A DNA stretch of 64,000 nucleotides from a virus (taxonomy: Duplodnaviria > Caudoviricetes). Below the pieces are notes generated by a model. That model saw only the letters and a program-made list of their open reading frames with translations, had not been told where the DNA came from and did not search any database. The stretch's first letter is position 1; every line of letters starts with the position of its first letter. Positions 1 through 10,885 of the stretch are shown here, piece after piece. The stretch is from positions 32,001 through 96,000 of the IMG/VR virus record IMGVR_UViG_3300020049_016424. One strand, 5' to 3'. Made by a program: the position numbers and the translations under genes.

Positions 1-1
1 C

Positions 2-3000
2 TCGGTGAACTCGGCGGGAGACCCCGCCGACATCTCGGCGACTGCGGCCTCGGGCGCAGTCCTGCGCGAGTCGGGCTCCGTGCTCGGCTTCGGCACCGTC
101 GCCACGGCAGGCCTCGCAGACGCCAACGTCACCTACGCGAAGATCCAGAACGGCGCGGCGCTCTCCGTAGCGGGTCGCAGCGCGAACTCTGCGGGCGTGA
201 TGGCGGACATCTCGGCAGCGGCCGCCTCGGGTGCGGTGCTTCGAGAGGCGTCGAACGTCCTCGGTTTCGGCACGGTTGCTACCGCGGGTCTCGCGAACGA
301 TGCCGTCGACAACACCAAGATCCGTAACTCGGGCGCGCTCAGCGTCATCGGACGCAGCGCGAATACCACGGGCGACCCTGCGGACATCTCCGCGGTCGCG
401 GCTTCGAACACGGTGCTCAAGGAGACGGGGTCGACGCTGGCCTTCGGGCTGGTCGCGACGGCGAACGTCACCACGAACGCCATCGACAACACGCTCATCC
501 GAGACTCTGGAGCTCTCTCGGTCATCGGACGCTCCGCGAACACGTCGGGCGACCCGGCTGACATCTCCGCCACCGCCGCTTCGGATGCGGTGCTCCGCGA
601 GTCGGGCTCCGTGCTCGGCTTCGGCACGGTCGCTACGGGCGGCATCGCGAACGACGCCATCGACAACACCAAGATCCGGAACTCGGGCGCGCTGAGCGTC
701 ATCGGGCGCTCGGTGAACTCCGCGGGCGACCCGGCAGATATCTCGGCCACGGCCTCGAGCGACCAAGTCCTGCGCGAGGCTGCGGGCGTTCTCGGCTTCG
801 GCACCGTCGCCACTGCGGGCCTCGCGAACGGCGTCGTCGAGGCGAAGCTCGCAGCAGCGTCTGCTGCGGTCGCGTTCAACAGCCAGCGCCTCACGCTGGT
901 GGCCGACCCTGTCGCCGCGCAGGACGTGGCTACCAAGGCCTACGTAGACGCCATCGCGCAGAACCTCGACATCAAGGACTCTGTCCGCGCCACCTCGACG
1001 ACGAACATCACGCTCTCGGGCCCTCAGGTCATCGACGGCGTCTCGATCATCGCCGGCGATTCCGTGCTCGTGCAGGGGCAGACGCTCGGGGAGAACAACG
1101 GCATCTACCTGGCAGCAGCGGGCGCTTGGACCCGCCGCAGCGACGCGGACACCTCCGCGAAGGTCACCTCTGGCATGTTCACCTTCGTCACCGAAGGTAC
1201 CGCCTTCGGAGACAACGGGTACGTCCTGACGACGCAGGACCCCATCGTGCTCGGCACGACTCCGCTCGTGTTCACGCAGTTCTCGGGCGCGGGCATGATC
1301 ATCGCGGGCGCCGGTCTCACGAAGACGGGGAATACCCTCGATGTCGTAGGGGCCAACTCTAGCATCCAGGTCAACGCCAACAGCATTCAGGTAGGTACCA
1401 ACTCGATCGGGAATACCCTGATTCGCCAGGGCACAGCGCTCACCGTCATCGGCCGTTCGGCGAACTCGACGGGGGACGTGGCCGACATCGCAGCGGGGGC
1501 CGCGTCGGGCGCCGTCCTGCGTGAGGCCTCGAACGTCATCGGCTTCGGCACCGTCGCGACGGCGGGTCTCGGCGATGACCAGGTCACGGACGCGAAGCTC
1601 CGCAACTCGAGCGCCCTCAGCGTCGTGGGCCGCTCCGCGAACACGTCGGGCGACCCAGCTGACATCTCGGCCACCGCCGCTTCGGATGCGGTGCTCCGCG
1701 AGTCGGGCTCCGTGCTCGGCTTCGGCACGGTCGCTACGGGCGGCATCGCCAACAACGCGGTGACGAACGCCAAGGCCGCGCAGATGGCTGCGCTCACGGT
1801 GAAGGCGAATGCGACCAACGCGCTTGCCAATGCTGCAGATCTCGCCGCGGTCGCGACCTCGGGCGCAGTGCTTCGAGAATCCGGCTCGACGCTCGCCTTC
1901 GGCACCGTGGCGACGGCGGGCCTCGGCGACGACCAGGTGACCAACGCGAAGCTCGCCAACATGGCGGCGCTGGCGGTCAAGGCGAACGCAACGAACGCAG
2001 CGGCGGACCCTGCTGATCTCGCAGCGGTGGCCGCGTCCGGCGCCGTGCTCCGTGAGTCCGGCTCGACGCTCGGCTTCGGCACGGTCGCTACGGCGGGCCT
2101 CGCGAACTCGGCGGTCACCTACGCCAAGATCCAGAATGGAGCTGCGCTCTCCGTGGCCGGACGCAGCGCGAACTCTGCGGGCGTGATGGCGGACATCACG
2201 GCCGTTGCAGCCTCTGCTGCGGTGCTTCGTGAGTCGGGCAGCACCATTGGCTTCGGCACCATCGCCACCAACGGCATCGCGAACGCCGCGGTCACCTACG
2301 CGAAGATTCAGAACGGCGGCGCGCTCAGCGTCGCAGGACGCTCGGCGAACTCGTCGGGCGCCATGGCCAACATCTCGGCCACCGCGGCCTCGGGCGCAGT
2401 GCTCCGTGAATCGGGCTCCGTGCTCGGCTTCGGTACGGTGGCCACCGCAGGCATCGCGAACGGCGCCGTCACTGAGGCCAAGGTCACGTACACCACGGCC
2501 ACCGTGGCGGGCGCCTCTGCGACGCTCACGGGCGCCAGCATGACGCGCATCACGTACGCGGCAGGCGTCTGCACGCTCACGCTGCCCGCCTCGCTCACCA
2601 CGTGGCCTATCGGCACGACGAATCGTCTCCAGAAGGAGAACGCATCGGCGTTCACCATCATCCTCACCCCGGACACGGGCAGCACGCTGCAGGGCGGCGC
2701 TGCGAACGCGCCCGTGACCTTGCCCGGCTCTGCGCTCCCGAGCTCGACCACGGTCGGGGACATGTGGTGGGACGTCACCCGCATCTCAGCGACGGTGTGG
2801 CGCTTCGACGGCGGCCATGCGCGGTACGTGACCAGCAGCGCGGGGGTAGGTCGCACCTACTACACCATCGTCGTCGGCAACGCGCTCGAGGGCGACACCC
2901 TCGATAGCTGCAACTACCTGGACCCGGGCGACTGCACGGGCCTCGATGCTGCGATCACCTTCGGGTACAACCTGAAGGCAACGATCTTCGTGCGCCGGGG

Positions 3001-4198
3001 TACGTACACGATGCCCGCAGCGCACGACCCGTGGGATCTCACGACGACCATGCACATCTTAGGCGAGGGACAGGGGCAGACGATCATCAGGGCACCTGTC
3101 GGAGACGCGTCGCACATGCCCTGGCGCATGTTCAAGCTTTCGGGAGCCTTCTGTGAGCTCAGCGACTTCGGCATTTTCGTGCCGGACCGCGCAGCGACTG
3201 TGGCTGCCTACGGCAGCACCCGCGGCATGATCGACGTCAGCGCCTTCGACTGCGCGGTACGGCGCGTTACCGTCATCACGGATTCGGACTTCACGGCGAC
3301 CGATAAGGCGCTCGGCGTCCTGAACTTCCCCGACGCGACGATCATCGGAGGCTTCGTCGCAGAAGATGTGACGCTGAACTGCCAGAACACGTCTCCCGTA
3401 GGGCACGCGACCAACCCCTACGGTATCGCGTTGGTGACCTCTGGAGAGATAGACGGCACAGCGCAGGTAGCGTCGGCGTACGGGTTCGGATTCGCGGAAC
3501 CTGTGTTCACGCGCATGCGCGTTCTCGGCGGCATGTGCGACGAGCTCGCAAACCCCTTCTACACTTGCGGGTTTTTGACGGGGCGTATGTCGCAGTACAT
3601 GCTCACGGACAGCGAGTTCCAGTTCTGTTCTCCCGCGATCGGGGGTATCTGGAGCAACCTCGCGGGCACCACGGTTTCGCGAGGCCCGCGCATCGACAAC
3701 GTGTCGATCATGGATCCGGATGGGCTTGCGGCAGGTTTCGCTACCTCGGTGACTCTGTCTATGGTCAATACGGGCACCGCCCTTGAGTTCACGCGATGCA
3801 ATCTTTCAAGGATTCGCATCGCCGGATGTCTCACAGGTGCGTACATTCCTGGCTACGTATGTACGTCTGACGCCACTGTGGTGCGCGACTTCAGCATCAC
3901 AGATTCGAGTGCAGTGTCTCGTGTCACCGCCTCCGAGCCCATGTGCCTCGTCAGCCTGGGCACCGGAGCGCGCGGCACACGCCTGCACGGCGTCGTTCTC
4001 GAGACCGCCACTGGAAGTGCAGCTCCGTGCGTTCTCACGCTGCAGGACGGCGCTCGGGGGCACATCATCGATTGCACCGCCGATACGATCGACATCACCG
4101 GCGCAGCCGATAAGACCATCGTGGCGCTCAACACCGCACGCACGGCCATCACCGACAGTGGCACGAACACCTCCATGACCGGGAACCAGATCGCATGA
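2..4198 (+). CDS. Long tail fibre/adhesin with 59-aa tandem repeats (5' truncated by window)
   Basis: At least 10 copies of a 59-aa Ala/Gly/Ser repeat (ALSVxGRSAN...VLRESGSVLGFGTVATAG), a phage tail-fibre-type domain (DIKDSVRATSTTNITLSGPQVIDGV...ENNGIY) and a beta-helix-like C-terminus. Confidence 0.8.
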   Translation, partial: SVNSAGDPADISATAASGAVLRESGSVLGFGTVATAGLADANVTYAKIQNGAALSVAGRSANSAGVMADISAAAASGAVLREASNVLGFGTVATAGLANDAVDNTKIRNSGALSVIGRSANTTGDPADISAVAASNTVLKETGSTLAFGLVATANVTTNAIDNTLIRDSGALSVIGRSANTSGDPADISATAASDAVLRESGSVLGFGTVATGGIANDAIDNTKIRNSGALSVIGRSVNSAGDPADISATASSDQVLREAAGVLGFGTVATAGLANGVVEAKLAAASAAVAFNSQRLTLVADPVAAQDVATKAYVDAIAQNLDIKDSVRATSTTNITLSGPQVIDGVSIIAGDSVLVQGQTLGENNGIYLAAAGAWTRRSDADTSAKVTSGMFTFVTEGTAFGDNGYVLTTQDPIVLGTTPLVFTQFSGAGMIIAGAGLTKTGNTLDVVGANSSIQVNANSIQVGTNSIGNTLIRQGTALTVIGRSANSTGDVADIAAGAASGAVLREASNVIGFGTVATAGLGDDQVTDAKLRNSSALSVVGRSANTSGDPADISATAASDAVLRESGSVLGFGTVATGGIANNAVTNAKAAQMAALTVKANATNALANAADLAAVATSGAVLRESGSTLAFGTVATAGLGDDQVTNAKLANMAALAVKANATNAAADPADLAAVAASGAVLRESGSTLGFGTVATAGLANSAVTYAKIQNGAALSVAGRSANSAGVMADITAVAASAAVLRESGSTIGFGTIATNGIANAAVTYAKIQNGGALSVAGRSANSSGAMANISATAASGAVLRESGSVLGFGTVATAGIANGAVTEAKVTYTTATVAGASATLTGASMTRITYAAGVCTLTLPASLTTWPIGTTNRLQKENASAFTIILTPDTGSTLQGGAANAPVTLPGSALPSSTTVGDMWWDVTRISATVWRFDGGHARYVTSSAGVGRTYYTIVVGNALEGDTLDSCNYLDPGDCTGLDAAITFGYNLKATIFVRRGTYTMPAAHDPWDLTTTMHILGEGQGQTIIRAPVGDASHMPWRMFKLSGAFCELSDFGIFVPDRAATVAAYGSTRGMIDVSAFDCAVRRVTVITDSDFTATDKALGVLNFPDATIIGGFVAEDVTLNCQNTSPVGHATNPYGIALVTSGEIDGTAQVASAYGFGFAEPVFTRMRVLGGMCDELANPFYTCGFLTGRMSQYMLTDSEFQFCSPAIGGIWSNLAGTTVSRGPRIDNVSIMDPDGLAAGFATSVTLSMVNTGTALEFTRCNLSRIRIAGCLTGAYIPGYVCTSDATVVRDFSITDSSAVSRVTASEPMCLVSLGTGARGTRLHGVVLETATGSAAPCVLTLQDGARGHIIDCTADTIDITGAADKTIVALNTARTAITDSGTNTSMTGNQIA

Positions 4199-4797
4199 CC
4201 GAGGTGTCCTTCACCATCACCGTGATGACCTGTCCGCAGCGGGCCGTGCGGGCTGCGCAGCTCGTGGCCGCCCTGAACGCCCTGGGCGGCGCCGCGGTCG
4301 CTACAGTGCTCGACGTAAGCCGGCTGGGGCCTCGAGCCTGCGCGGCGCGCGCTTGGGCAGGCGCAACGATCGGCACGACGCACCACATGGTGCTCCAGGA
4401 CGACGCGATCCTCTGTGAGGACTTCATCGAGTCCGTGCGCAGGGCGCTCGAAGCGGCGCCTGCGGACCTCATCAGCTTCTTCACCTCGAGTCCGTACGTA
4501 AACCTGGGCGCCGTGCCTCGGCTCCGGAAGCTCGCGGTGTTCGAAGGCGCGCTGGCACTCGCAGCGCCGAGCGCCCTGGCTCGTGACGTCGCAGGAGCTC
4601 TCGAACAGGCAACGTCGCAGGCCGACGACGCGGTCATCGGGACGTTTCTCCGATCTCGGAACCTGCAGTACCGCGTCGCGATCCCGAATCTCGTCGACCA
4701 TGCTCCGATACCGTCTACGGTGGGGCATCAGTACCAGCACTCGCGCACGTTCCTCGGAGCGCATGTGAGCGGCAAAGATCTTACGTGGGAGGTCTGA
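4195..4797 (+). CDS. Glycosyltransferase-like (GT-A fold) protein
   Basis: ITVMTCPQR start, HHMVLQDDA (DxD-like), PNLVDH; ATGA-coupled to the fibre gene. Confidence 0.55.
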   Translation: MTEVSFTITVMTCPQRAVRAAQLVAALNALGGAAVATVLDVSRLGPRACAARAWAGATIGTTHHMVLQDDAILCEDFIESVRRALEAAPADLISFFTSSPYVNLGAVPRLRKLAVFEGALALAAPSALARDVAGALEQATSQADDAVIGTFLRSRNLQYRVAIPNLVDHAPIPSTVGHQYQHSRTFLGAHVSGKDLTWEV

Positions 4798-5703
4798 GTG
4801 GCGAAGACAGGACGAATCCAGCATCCGCGTGACTGGCCTGCGATCACGTCGCTCGCGAACCTGCCGAACGTGTCCGGGTCGGCGACGCAGAGCGCATCGC
4901 TTGAGGTCGGGGATCTCTGCTTCAACACGGCAACCGAACTCCAGTACGTGTGTCGAACGGCCACGGTCGGGTCTGCGGTGTGGTACTGCCCACAGCTGCT
5001 CTGGGACCCGCTGGCGATCTTCCCGTCGTACGGGCACATCTACGGACCGTTCCAGGGCAACGGCTGCACTGACTTCCTGCATTCGTCCGGAGGTACTTAC
5101 CCATTTTCTACGGGTACGAACGGCGGCGCAGGGACTACGGTCCTGTCTACAGCGCCTCTAGCCGGGCGCTACGGCGTGTTGCAGCCACAAACAGGCACCA
5201 CCACCACGGGACAGGCGTACATCTCAGCTACCGGGGCCTCGATCGTACTGGGTAGCGGGCGTGTTCGCTGGCGGGGTGACGTGAATATCCCGACTGCGTC
5301 CGACGGCACCGAGACGTTCACCGTGTGGATGGGCATCAACGACGGCGCGGGCCTCGGCGCGGACTGCGCGTCGTTCCGCTACTCGCACACGGAGAACAGC
5401 GGCAACTGGACCGCGTTCTGCCGCTCGAACTCCGTCGAGACAGGTTCTGTGGTCAATACGGGTGTCGCGGCGGTGCACGCAACGAACTACGCCGCGCTCG
5501 AGATCGAAATCAACGCGGCGGGTACGAGCGCTGACTTCCGCATCAACGGAGCCAATGTGGCTACCATCACTACGAACATCCCGACAGGCACTGCGCGGGC
5601 TACCGGGGTCATCATGGCCATCGTGAAATCTGCTGGCATAACCAACCGCGTGTTCAATCTCGACCTCGCCGGCGTTCGCCCCGAACGCACCTCCCCGATC
5701 TGA
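4798..5703 (+). CDS. Putative virion protein, beta-sandwich/lectin-like
   Basis: Thr/Gly-rich ORF with typical codon usage, contiguous in operon. Confidence 0.55.
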   Translation: MAKTGRIQHPRDWPAITSLANLPNVSGSATQSASLEVGDLCFNTATELQYVCRTATVGSAVWYCPQLLWDPLAIFPSYGHIYGPFQGNGCTDFLHSSGGTYPFSTGTNGGAGTTVLSTAPLAGRYGVLQPQTGTTTTGQAYISATGASIVLGSGRVRWRGDVNIPTASDGTETFTVWMGINDGAGLGADCASFRYSHTENSGNWTAFCRSNSVETGSVVNTGVAAVHATNYAALEIEINAAGTSADFRINGANVATITTNIPTGTARATGVIMAIVKSAGITNRVFNLDLAGVRPERTSPI

Positions 5704-5726
5704 GCCCTTCGCGCTATGCTCCCAGC

Positions 5727-6041
5727 ATGCCCATCGGCAACCCCTACATGACCGCCCAGGAAGTCGCCGTGTCGAACACGGCGTTTCCGGCCCTCAGCAC
5801 TCCTTCGCTCACCAACGACCGCCCCGGCAGCGTCTCGGTGGCGCACCTCGGCACCGCAGGCGACCCTGTCGTCTACGTGAGCTTCGACGGCACGACCACC
5901 GCGATGATCTTGCGGGCAGGCCTGCCCACCGCGGCGCAGTCGACGGAGGGCAAGTCGTACCGGTACGTCTGGCTCCGTGTCGCAAGCGGCACCGTCAACG
6001 TCTACGTGAACTTCGAAGACGCGGAAGCGAGCGGAGTCTAA
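5727..6041 (+). CDS. Hypothetical phage protein
   Basis: GC3-biased ORF with TATGCT box 6 nt upstream. Confidence 0.65.
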   Translation: MPIGNPYMTAQEVAVSNTAFPALSTPSLTNDRPGSVSVAHLGTAGDPVVYVSFDGTTTAMILRAGLPTAAQSTEGKSYRYVWLRVASGTVNVYVNFEDAEASGV

Positions 6042-6044
6042 GCC

Positions 6045-6830
6045 GTGCGGTTCGGCGTCACAGCGAGCAGCCCGGGCCTTGGTGGCGGAGGGGGCGGCGG
6101 GCCTAGCCCTGCAGTGCCGGAGGAGATCGACTACCTGGTCTTCGACGACACCGACGGGACGCACTACTACGAAGCATCGTCTGCGGAGATGCGGGGTGGG
6201 AGCGACTTCGTGCTGGCGCTCATCTATCGCCCGTTGACGTGGGATCCGGGAACGATGATCGTGTCCGCGGGGAACCCCGACGCGGGCTCTCCGAACGGCT
6301 TCCACGTTCGGGAGTTCTACGGAAAGCTCGAGTTCAAGATCGCGCTCGGCGATACGACGACGTCCGATGTCGGGTACGCGGATGCGTTCTCCTGGTACGG
6401 GCTGCCGAAGTTCCGAGTGGAGCGCGACGCGCTCCACGTCTTCCGCGTCTACCAGAACGCGGCGGTCACCCGAATCGAAAGCTGGGTGAACGGCGCCCTG
6501 ACTCTTCGCTCGGACTCCGCATCCGGAGGATTCACGCCGGGTTCGAGTAACTTCCGCGTGGGCTCTCGCGGCTACTCGGTAGGGGGCGGTATCTCCGCGG
6601 TCGCATACAAGGCGGGCACCGTCACCGATGCAGAGATCGCGGCGTTCTTCGAGGCGGCGTATCGCGCGAAGAACCTCGTGGACAGTGGCATTGCGTGGGA
6701 CCACCGCTACACCATGGCAGACTCCCCTGCCAGCGCTGCGTGGGCGGACCTCGAGCCCAGCAGCCCGGTGAACCTCGCACGAGCGGGGGCACAAATGGCT
6801 ATCGAGACCCGTCTCGTACGGTGGGCCTGA
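6045..6830 (+). CDS. LamG/ConA-like virion protein
   Basis: IESWVNG, FRVGSRG, ISAVAYKAGTVTDAEIAAFF resemble the LamG C-terminal pattern. Confidence 0.55.
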   Translation: MRFGVTASSPGLGGGGGGGPSPAVPEEIDYLVFDDTDGTHYYEASSAEMRGGSDFVLALIYRPLTWDPGTMIVSAGNPDAGSPNGFHVREFYGKLEFKIALGDTTTSDVGYADAFSWYGLPKFRVERDALHVFRVYQNAAVTRIESWVNGALTLRSDSASGGFTPGSSNFRVGSRGYSVGGGISAVAYKAGTVTDAEIAAFFEAAYRAKNLVDSGIAWDHRYTMADSPASAAWADLEPSSPVNLARAGAQMAIETRLVRWA

Positions 6831-6858
6831 GCCCGCACGGTCGTGGTAGACTCGGTCG

Positions 6859-9800
6859 GTGATCAAGCCCCTATATTCCAATGACAAAGCCGTACCTGTT
6901 TCGTGGCTCGTGTACGTCAACGGGCTGCAGGTTCCAGCACAGGCTGTAAGCGTCTCGAGCGGCCTCGGGGCTATCCCGCAGGCCCAGATCTCGTTCGTCC
7001 CGGACCCCTCGCTGCAGCGCCTTGGCGCCGAGGACCGTGTGCAGGTTCAGATCTTTTACCTCGACGTGTGGGTCGGAGCTCCCGAGTACCGCCTGCTCTT
7101 CGACGGCGAGATCGTGGCCTGGGGCCACACCAGCACCACGGGCAGCCGTTCGCTCGTCCTGCACGCGGTCGACTACACCCAGATCTTGTCGCAGCTCTTC
7201 TTCTTCTTCATGTCGTCGTACGACGACCTCGCCATCGGGCTCTCGGGCCAGCAGCTCGGCGTGCAGGGGGCGACGGTGCAGACCGCAGGCTACGGCGCGC
7301 TCTACCCGTACTCGCTCTTCTCGCAGGGGCTCGCGTCCCCTGGAGACACCACGGCCTCGAATGCAGTCATCGAGCGCCCCATCGACTTCGCGTACAACAT
7401 CGTGCGCGCGCTCATCAAGGACCAGCACCCGAACAAGCCCATCCCCGCCGTGAACTTCTTCACGCCGTGGGTGAAGCGCACGAACTACCATCGACGCTGG
7501 GTGGCGCTGCCGTACCTCGACTCGGACCCCGGCGGCAATGTCAACGTCGGGGTCTTCCCCATCCTGCGCGCCGTGCAGAACGAGCAGGCTCTGAGCGCGG
7601 TCTCGCGCCTCGCGTCGAACGTCGGCTCCGGCGGGTCCATCTGGGCCATGCTCAACGAGATCCTCGGCACGATGATGATGGAAATCGCGATGATTCCGAC
7701 GCCTGCCTATGTGCGGACGGACTTCGCGAGTCTTCTGCCCAAAGCGCCGTCGAACGAGGCGAACGGCTTTCGTTTCCTCACCAACTACTTCATCAAGCCC
7801 CAGTTCTTCTTCGGGCTGCCCCCTGCGTGCAACGTCTTCTTCCCGTCTCAGATCGCGGCCTACCAGTACAACGAGAACTTCATCACGCAGCCGACGCGGA
7901 TGTACTTCAACGAAGAGGCCATCCTCGCGCACCTGAACGCGAACGGCGCGACGGCCGACGGGGGCCTCAACGCGATCTTCCAGGACACGCTCTGCACGGC
8001 GTACCCGGAAGAGGCAGACATCGCTGCACGCGACGCGGTGCAGAACCGCGGACAGAACGGCAAGAACCTGCTGGTCTACCCCGAGGAGTTCTTCAAGGGC
8101 CCCGTCATCGACCGCCGCGTGATGCCGCGCTGGTTCGTGTTCCTCGCCGATGCGCTCGCCACGGTGGGAGCTCCAGACAGCAACGCTGCGCCCGCGAACC
8201 TGCTCGTGGAAGACGACGAGGCGGGTCCTGGGTACCAGACGCGCCCCGTGACCCCGGCGGACAGTCTGAACGGGGCCGACGCGAGCCTCTACGGCGGCGC
8301 GCCGGGCAGCCCCAATGCCTACCGTGTGGGACAGTGCGTCGCGCCCCAACGCTGGATGCTCGGACAGGGCGTGGGCAGCGTCAAAGGCGGGCAGTACGGC
8401 CCCTTCCTGTGGGGACAGCCGCGCGGGCACAACGGGGAGCGCACGCACGACGGGCATGACGTTTCGGCCCCACTGGGATCGCCCGTCTACGCCACGGTGT
8501 CGGGCACCGTCTTCGTGAAGACCTGGAACGGGAACCGAGAAACACAGCCTGCGGGCAACTACGTGCGCATCCGCGATGGCGCGGAAGGCGAGCACTACTT
8601 CATGCACCTGCGTGAAGCGCCGCAGGAGCTCCAAGGGCGCCTCGTCGATGTCGGCGATCTCATCGGATACGTCGGCTCCACAGGGCGCTCCGACGGCCCG
8701 CACGTGCACTACGAGGTGCGGACGAACACGCAACACGCGCTCAACTACAGCACGCGGCTGCTCGCGCTGCGCTCGGGCAACCCGCCCGACTCCTCTCCGG
8801 TCACCTCAGCACAACCTGCGAACACGCCGCCTCCTGCAGCGCCGAGCCCGTCCGCGAACATGACGGACGCGACTTCGGTGCAGACGCCAGGCGCACCGTC
8901 GCGCGACACGTTGCGCAACCTCTTCTACACGTACGCGCAGTACGAGTACTACAAGGAGCGCTACGCGCGGCGTACGGGCGCGCTGTCGCTCGCGTTCAAT
9001 CCGTACCCCGTGCCGGGCTTCCCCTGCGCGACGTTCGATCGACGCTCGAGCGCATGCGACACCTTCGGGTACATCACCGGCGTCTCGCACTCGCTCACGT
9101 CCGGGTCCATGTCGACGGACGTGCAGTTTTCGCATGGCCGCACGTTCCAAGAGATGTTCGCGCTGATGCAGCGCGCGGCCGCGCTCACCAACGCACGTGT
9201 GGCGAACGACCGCGACGCTGTCGAGAGCGCGCTCGCGCGCCGCACGGCAGGCAGCACGGAGCAAGAGGCGCTCGAGCAGGTCTCGAGCCAGGCCCCCGCG
9301 GTGAATACGGGACATGACGACGTCACGATCGACACCGAGCTTAGCAGCTATGAGATCCCGCAAGGCGGCCTTGCCATGGCGCCGTCCGAACCCATCGCCG
9401 AAATCCGAGATGTCATCCAGACGTTCCGGCTCGCGCAGGAGTTTTACTCGGGGCTCTTCTACGGCGGCACCTCCGTAGGCGCAGACCGTCTGCGGCAAGA
9501 ACAGATGGCCGTGGAATCGTTCCCCGGCTCCGCGCGCCCTGTGGCAGTTTCCTATGCTCGCGCCGGCGAGCTCTACGCCGCGCAGGCCGTGGCAGGCTCC
9601 CAGGTGATCGGCACCGACGATCCTGCGCTCAGTGGCGCCCAGATCACGGAGTCGGTAGCGACGTTCAACGAGACGACGCGCACGGCGATCGAAGAAGCAA
9701 ACCGGCAGAGCGCGCAGGTGACGCAGTCGACCATTGCCTCCGCGGCCGTCGACTCGATTCCCACCAACGCGGTCTTCGACTACCGCGACATCATCGAGCT

Positions 9801-10854
9801 CGAGACCTTCGACGGCACCATCATCCCCGTCGAGATCGGGGGCCTCGACACGTCCACACGCACCCGCTTCCTGCAGATCGTGCGCGACGTGCGCCGCGGC
9901 GTGGCCTCGGAGACAGACTTGAACCTCCTGCGCGAGCGCCTGTCGGACACCACCATCAGCAACCCGGCTTCGGGCACCGCGGTGTCGGACTCGCTCAACT
10001 ACCTGCTCGTCGGGCTCGAGCGCGAACTCCGACTCACCGCGCCGTCCGTCACCGTTCGCGGCGACGTGTCGATCATCCCGCGTGCGTCGGCGAAACCGCT
10101 CTTCGAGAGCTTCGAAGCGGCCCAGAAGTACAACGCCCGCCCCATCGTCACGCTCGAGCAGTACATCGACTTCCTCGGGCCCGACGGGCTTCGAGAAGGC
10201 CCGCAGGAGGTCGCTGACGGCGTTCGGGATCGCAATCCTCAGGTGATGCCCGCGAAGTTCTACACGCGCATCCGCCGCTTCCGGCAGGGGCCTCCCGAGG
10301 TGCGGCCACAGTCGAACGTCACCGGCACCGCCGTCTCGACCGACGTGGCGGCAGGGCCGGGCGCTGCCGCTCCTACGCCCTCCACCGTGCGCGAGCTCCT
10401 CTCGCAGGCGCAGCTGACGGGGCTCGGCGAGCAGCTCGCAGGCGACGACTTCTCGGCGGCGCTCGCGCAGGCGCGTCAGAGTGCCGGGCTGCCGAACATC
10501 CCGATCGACCTCGAAGCCCGCACCGACCCCGTGACGTTGCGGGCTATCGTGAGAGACATCGATGCTGCGGCGGACATCGGAGCGATCGACCCTGCCACCG
10601 CACGGCGAGCACGAACAGCGCTCGAGAACGCAGCCCGCACCCTCGACGGCACCACCGCCGCGCCGTCGCCCTCTTCGGCACAGGGCGCAGGTAGTACGTC
10701 GAACACACAAAGCGCCCCTGCAGGTACCGACGGCGAATCCGTGTACGTCGTCGACGGAGTTCCTACCGATTTCCCTGAAACTCGTGCTAACTGGGATGCA
10801 GTGCTCGAGCGATACCGAGACATCGTGCTCAATCGCAAGGCGCCTCTCCCCTGA
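6859..10854 (+). CDS. Baseplate hub/tail-associated protein with internal M23 peptidase domain
   Basis: N-terminal hub-like region (VYVNGLQVP...LLFDGEI); M23 motifs HDGHD, GNYVRI, YFMHL, IGYVGSTGRSDGPHVHYEV at about 8440-8720. Confidence 0.8.
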   Translation: MIKPLYSNDKAVPVSWLVYVNGLQVPAQAVSVSSGLGAIPQAQISFVPDPSLQRLGAEDRVQVQIFYLDVWVGAPEYRLLFDGEIVAWGHTSTTGSRSLVLHAVDYTQILSQLFFFFMSSYDDLAIGLSGQQLGVQGATVQTAGYGALYPYSLFSQGLASPGDTTASNAVIERPIDFAYNIVRALIKDQHPNKPIPAVNFFTPWVKRTNYHRRWVALPYLDSDPGGNVNVGVFPILRAVQNEQALSAVSRLASNVGSGGSIWAMLNEILGTMMMEIAMIPTPAYVRTDFASLLPKAPSNEANGFRFLTNYFIKPQFFFGLPPACNVFFPSQIAAYQYNENFITQPTRMYFNEEAILAHLNANGATADGGLNAIFQDTLCTAYPEEADIAARDAVQNRGQNGKNLLVYPEEFFKGPVIDRRVMPRWFVFLADALATVGAPDSNAAPANLLVEDDEAGPGYQTRPVTPADSLNGADASLYGGAPGSPNAYRVGQCVAPQRWMLGQGVGSVKGGQYGPFLWGQPRGHNGERTHDGHDVSAPLGSPVYATVSGTVFVKTWNGNRETQPAGNYVRIRDGAEGEHYFMHLREAPQELQGRLVDVGDLIGYVGSTGRSDGPHVHYEVRTNTQHALNYSTRLLALRSGNPPDSSPVTSAQPANTPPPAAPSPSANMTDATSVQTPGAPSRDTLRNLFYTYAQYEYYKERYARRTGALSLAFNPYPVPGFPCATFDRRSSACDTFGYITGVSHSLTSGSMSTDVQFSHGRTFQEMFALMQRAAALTNARVANDRDAVESALARRTAGSTEQEALEQVSSQAPAVNTGHDDVTIDTELSSYEIPQGGLAMAPSEPIAEIRDVIQTFRLAQEFYSGLFYGGTSVGADRLRQEQMAVESFPGSARPVAVSYARAGELYAAQAVAGSQVIGTDDPALSGAQITESVATFNETTRTAIEEANRQSAQVTQSTIASAAVDSIPTNAVFDYRDIIELETFDGTIIPVEIGGLDTSTRTRFLQIVRDVRRGVASETDLNLLRERLSDTTISNPASGTAVSDSLNYLLVGLERELRLTAPSVTVRGDVSIIPRASAKPLFESFEAAQKYNARPIVTLEQYIDFLGPDGLREGPQEVADGVRDRNPQVMPAKFYTRIRRFRQGPPEVRPQSNVTGTAVSTDVAAGPGAAAPTPSTVRELLSQAQLTGLGEQLAGDDFSAALAQARQSAGLPNIPIDLEARTDPVTLRAIVRDIDAAADIGAIDPATARRARTALENAARTLDGTTAAPSPSSAQGAGSTSNTQSAPAGTDGESVYVVDGVPTDFPETRANWDAVLERYRDIVLNRKAPLP

Positions 10855-10885
10855 GAGTTCCACCAGACAGCGGAAGGGGTATGTC

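Noticed and set aside
6871-10863. Long antisense or alternate-frame ORFs (e.g. 6871-8736, 8806-10863, 29764-31608, 47632-49539)
   Set aside because: Shadow ORFs expected in high-GC DNA opposite well-supported genes; no motifs.
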